From a virus: a DNA stretch of 32,000 nucleotides. The DNA lies in the IMG/VR virus record IMGVR_UViG_3300022719_000152, positions 22,794-54,793 of that record; one strand, written 5' to 3'. Position numbers and translations under genes: made by a program. The notes under the pieces are model-generated. The model saw only the letters and a program-made list of their open reading frames with translations, was not told where the DNA came from and made no database searches. Positions 29,026 through 32,000 of the stretch are shown in pieces (the stretch's first letter is position 1; each line of letters starts with the position of its first letter).

Positions 29026-29650
29026 CTGCTTTGACCCTCTTGATGATTGCTGCAATCTCAGCAGCCACTTCGATGACTGGAGGCCGACCATCTACGATGT
29101 GCCATTTCTCAGGACCGTCAACTTCGCACATCTCTATGAAGAGCTGGCGATATTTAGCACACACACGCTCCAGGAAGTCCCGATTGGCCTCATAACGGTC
29201 ACGATTTTCAGGTTGCCGTTTGAATGAGTCCTCCACATCGATGTCGATGAGGATGTTTACATCAGGCATAGGCAAGAACCTCTGGGTCTTGATGAGGTAA
29301 TCTCGATCAATGCCATCAATAGTGCCGTAAACGATGCCGCTAGCGTGGTAGCGGTCAGCAACAACACTTCCAGCTTTCAAATGATCGGAGATAATTTCTG
29401 CCTTCTCCAACCTATTGGTGAATTGAAGAGCCTGGTAGACGAAGTCGTTGATGTACTTCTCTTCCTCTGGACCTGGGCCCTCGAACTGAAGATTACAATA
29501 CCACTGCTTCTTCAGGTGGCTGCCAATGAGCTGTCCTGACGGTGTGGAGTAATCAGGAAACGAGAACAGCATCGCTTCTAGCTTCTGAGCTAGCAGCTTT
29601 GACTGAGTTTCTTTTCCGCTCTTGTCTATCCCCTCTAGCGCTACGAACAT
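29018..29650 (-). CDS. tmk: thymidylate kinase (dTMP kinase)
   Basis: P-loop FVALEGIDKSGKETQ, ADRYHASGIVYG, and lid/DR motifs PDVNILIDIDVEDSFKRQ..RDRYE. Confidence 0.9.
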   Translation of the reverse strand: MFVALEGIDKSGKETQSKLLAQKLEAMLFSFPDYSTPSGQLIGSHLKKQWYCNLQFEGPGPEEEKYINDFVYQALQFTNRLEKAEIISDHLKAGSVVADRYHASGIVYGTIDGIDRDYLIKTQRFLPMPDVNILIDIDVEDSFKRQPENRDRYEANRDFLERVCAKYRQLFIEMCEVDGPEKWHIVDGRPPVIEVAAEIAAIIKRVKAVG

Positions 29651-30569
29651 TCCGGTTACCTTTCTTGTCTGCTTTCATTTGGTTGACGATAGCCATCTCT
29701 AGCCATGCCTTCAGTGTCATGCCCATGGACCTAGCATGAGGCTTGACCTGGACATGAAGTTCAGGAGGCACTCGAACAGCAACACCTTCCTTGGTGATCT
29801 TCTTGTTTGCTTGGTGAGTAGGACGTCGGCGGCGAGGTGCTTTCACGGATGTAGCACTCTGCCCATGAGCAAAGATTGCGATAGGCTTACTAGCGCCTCC
29901 ACGTAATCCGTTGCACGCACCGCAGTCCTCACACCCAACCTTCTTTCCGACGAACAAGTCATCGTCAGGGCATTGAGCGAATCCTTCTGGGATTTCTCTG
30001 TCCAAGGCGACGACGTAGAAGGGCCTCCAACCTTTGTGGATCGCCTCTTCTGCTTGAGCTTCGGATTCAACTGAAGCCATCAAGAACTTCTTGTAATGCT
30101 GTGACGTGTTCCTACGCCAGTCATGGGTATACCCCGTGCTGTGTCGAGGGTTAGATGGCATGATGCCTCTCCACACCTTCGACGATACTGCAGCGGGGTC
30201 TCCATAGGCTCCAAACCTTACATGGAAGTTCTCGCGGATGTACTCCAGGTGGTGCTTCTCAGCGTGAGGGTACACTCCGTCCTTGTACGCCTTCCACACC
30301 ATGGTCGGGCCGGAGCCTACATCGACGTAGCAAGCTCCATTGCCTTCCACCATGCGAAAGACGCAGCGACCACAAACGTCTTCGTCCTGACCAGTTCTCA
30401 AAGCCACTGTAGGCATGATGTCCCGACAGAGAATGTACGTCTGAGCCATGTTCTTGGTCTTCACGTTCTTGGACTTGAACACGAGTCCAGTGGCAATGGC
30501 CACGATTGGTTCACCGGTAACGCGGCTGGGGCCCTCATAGAGGATGACTCCCTGAGGCATACGATTCAT
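29553..30569 (-). CDS. Cys-cluster protein with C-terminal ribbon-helix-helix (Arc/CopG-like) domain (338 aa)
   Basis: GGAGGAA SD. The N-domain family is not recognised (VCGRC..ACYV, GAYGDPAA, GYTHDW, CEDCGAC). C-terminal VAVRVPPELHVQVKPHARSMGMTLKAWLEMAIVNQM fits an RHH. Confidence 0.75.
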   Translation of the reverse strand: MNRMPQGVILYEGPSRVTGEPIVAIATGLVFKSKNVKTKNMAQTYILCRDIMPTVALRTGQDEDVCGRCVFRMVEGNGACYVDVGSGPTMVWKAYKDGVYPHAEKHHLEYIRENFHVRFGAYGDPAAVSSKVWRGIMPSNPRHSTGYTHDWRRNTSQHYKKFLMASVESEAQAEEAIHKGWRPFYVVALDREIPEGFAQCPDDDLFVGKKVGCEDCGACNGLRGGASKPIAIFAHGQSATSVKAPRRRRPTHQANKKITKEGVAVRVPPELHVQVKPHARSMGMTLKAWLEMAIVNQMKADKKGNRNVRSARGDRQERKRNSVKAASSEARSDAVLVS

Positions 30570-30612
30570 TGTTCCTCCACTATGTTTCTTGGGTTAGGGT
30601 GAGGACGGGTAA

Positions 30613-30670
30613 GCCACCCACGCCTTCTTTTTCGCAGTAGCCAACCGCAAGATTTTTGGGCGTGGGTGGC
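30613..30670. other. 12-bp perfect inverted repeat GCCACCCACGCC / GGCGTGGGTGGC with 34-nt spacer
   Basis: Read directly. Lies in the intergenic region between 30677..30961 and 29553..30569. Confidence 0.55.
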
Positions 30671-30676
30671 CCCCAT

Positions 30677-30961
30677 TTAGCCTTTACCCTTACCGGATTT
30701 CGATTTGAGCTTCCGAATCTCACTCTCGAGCTTCTGGTTTTCCTTTGTCAGCTCGATGAGTGTGTCCTTCTTGTTGGTGAGCTGAGTCTCCAACATCTCC
30801 ACCTGGTCTTTGAGCTGAGAGTTGGCTCTCAGCACAATCACCTGCTCTTGTTGCATCTTCTGCGCAAGAGCCTTCCAGCGGTTGGTATCCTCGCGGCTGT
30901 CTTTACTGCTCTTCACCTTCTTCTTGGAAGGCCTTTCAATGCGTTTTGCGGCCATTATCAT
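30677..30961 (-). CDS. basic coiled-coil protein (94 aa)
   Basis: ORF track. Leucine-zipper-like heptads. Confidence 0.6.
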   Translation of the reverse strand: MIMAAKRIERPSKKKVKSSKDSREDTNRWKALAQKMQQEQVIVLRANSQLKDQVEMLETQLTNKKDTLIELTKENQKLESEIRKLKSKSGKGKG

Positions 30962-30981
30962 TCAGTCCTTTCGATTGAGTA

Positions 30982-31010
30982 GGGGTGCCGGCGTGGCGTT
31001 CCGGCACCCC
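30982..31010. other. 10-bp perfect hairpin GGGGTGCCGG / CCGGCACCCC (9-nt loop)
   Basis: Read directly. Intergenic. No T-run on either strand. Confidence 0.55.
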
Positions 31011-31047
31011 GGAGGTACTAGGTGCTAGGAACCGGAAACCCAGCGAC

Positions 31048-31191
31048 CTAGTCGTCTTGTTCTGATTTCTTGACTAGATTCCGCGCCTCCTGCAGGAGTT
31101 CGCGGTCTTCTTTGCTCCACTGATCTCGGGGAACGAAGCATAGACCAACCAGCCTCTCGATTATCTTGAGAAGCTGTTCACGGTCTTCCAT
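31048..31191 (-). CDS. possible small helical protein (47 aa)
   Basis: Below the ORF-track cutoff and hand-translated as MEDREQLLKIIERLVGLCFVPRDQWSKEDRELLQEARNLVKKSEQDD. Overlaps the helicase stop by 14 nt. Confidence 0.3.
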   Translation of the reverse strand: MEDREQLLKIIERLVGLCFVPRDQWSKEDRELLQEARNLVKKSEQDD

Positions 31192-32000
31192 TCGACATGT
31201 CCTGGATGAAGCCAATGACGTCACCCAGGTCTCCTGATTCTGATTTGAAGTGTCCTCGAGGAAACGCTTTCAGAAATTGCTTCCCATAGCCGGTGGTGTC
31301 GATGCGCGAATCACAGAACACCACTGCCCCGAAATCCTCTTCTGTTCTGATGAGCCGCCCCACGCCTTGCTTCAGCGTGATGACTGCTTTCGGAATGCTG
31401 TAGTCGAAGAATACATTCCCATCGCTGCCCTCAAACTCCTTCTCCAGGTACTTGAGCACTGGGTCAGAGGGGGGAGCAAAGGGGAACTTATCGATGACCA
31501 AGCAACTCAAGTCTTCACCCGGAATGTCCACCCCTTGCCAAAAGGATGCCGTGGCCAAGATGACTGCCTTGTCAAACTCCTTGAACATTTGAATGATCCT
31601 CTGCTTGGGCATCTGCCCTTGCACAAGGATGCGTATATCCCCCAGACGTGTCTGTAGGTAGTCCCTTGCGAACTGCAGGGCTTTATAGCTCGTGAAGAGA
31701 GCCATCGTGCGTCCATTCAGCCCCTTGGCCACCGTCTCGATGACTCTAGGTACCGCCTCCATGTGGGCTTCCCGCTGTTGTTTAGGGCTAGGAATATCGG
31801 GCACGACTAAGAGCAACCGCTCGGGATCAAAGGGGCTCTCCACAATCAGATCTTCATACTGACCATGTTTGAGACCCATCTCCTCTGCGATGAAGTCGAA
31901 GTTGTTGTTGGTTGACAGCGTGGCAGATACAGCGATGACTGTCTTGTTCTTGGAGTAGATGTGCTGCGCCATGAAGTTCTGGACGTCCACTGACTTGCAG
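31178..32000 (-). CDS. DinG/XPD (Rad3)-family ATP-dependent DNA helicase, C-terminal part (5' end outside the window)
   Basis: Motifs VSATLS, ALFTSY, ILATASFWQGVDIPG and LKQGVGRLIR. The frame stays open to the window edge. Confidence 0.85.
   Translation of the reverse strand, partial: CKSVDVQNFMAQHIYSKNKTVIAVSATLSTNNNFDFIAEEMGLKHGQYEDLIVESPFDPERLLLVVPDIPSPKQQREAHMEAVPRVIETVAKGLNGRTMALFTSYKALQFARDYLQTRLGDIRILVQGQMPKQRIIQMFKEFDKAVILATASFWQGVDIPGEDLSCLVIDKFPFAPPSDPVLKYLEKEFEGSDGNVFFDYSIPKAVITLKQGVGRLIRTEEDFGAVVFCDSRIDTTGYGKQFLKAFPRGHFKSESGDLGDVIGFIQDMSNGRP

Noticed and set aside
30123-30602. 159-aa plus-strand ORF
   Set aside because: It is antisense to the 338-aa RHH-containing gene and has no start context.
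1-32000. Genome-wide stop-codon reassignment (suggested by the in-frame TAG at 2260 and the open frame after the TAA at 4493)
   Set aside because: Essentially all other genes, including the long ones (421, 618, 338 and 277 aa), are intact under the standard code, and no suppressor-type anticodon (CTA/TTA/TCA) is present. At most this is a local readthrough or a mutation.

Overview
The window looks like the early/replication-type region of a double-stranded DNA phage or prophage. It is densely packed with about 80 mostly small ORFs, many joined by ATGA, TAATG or TGATG stop/start overlaps. No structural (virion) genes are recognisable. The strand blocks are: minus 1-1616, plus 1734-20764, minus 20794-22139, plus 22281-23352, minus 23459-32000. 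Products I can recognise from the protein sequences:
- staphylococcal-nuclease-like secreted nuclease (14462-14881)
- compact DnaN-like clamp protein (17320-18048)
- HU/IHF protein (18262-18546)
- YkgJ-type CxxCxxCC protein (18942-19457)
- PTH2-type peptidyl-tRNA hydrolase (22421-22798)
- HerA/FtsK-like ATPase with duplicated C-terminal winged-helix units (26613-28469)
- thymidylate kinase (29018-29650)
- protein ending in a ribbon-helix-helix domain (29553-30569)
- C-terminal half of a DinG/XPD-family helicase (31178 to window end)
RNA genes are a canonical tRNA-Arg(TCT) and two atypical tRNA-like genes flanking a divergent junction. The most unusual signals are at nucleotide level:
- an invariant 10-nt AACCGGAGAA box just upstream of a subset of start codons
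- a TGACC-N-GGTCA palindrome family concentrated at 3.0-5.3 kb
- a shared TATGGA-N4-TCCAT inverted repeat
- iteron-like tandem repeats
- a roughly 480-nt ORF-poor region full of strong hairpins
- a small ORF with an in-frame TAG that ends 1 nt before a tRNA
The window also holds an unusually large number of small Cys-rich zinc-finger-like proteins, including C2H2 and CCHC patterns. All family assignments come from motif recognition by eye and need HMM or structure confirmation.
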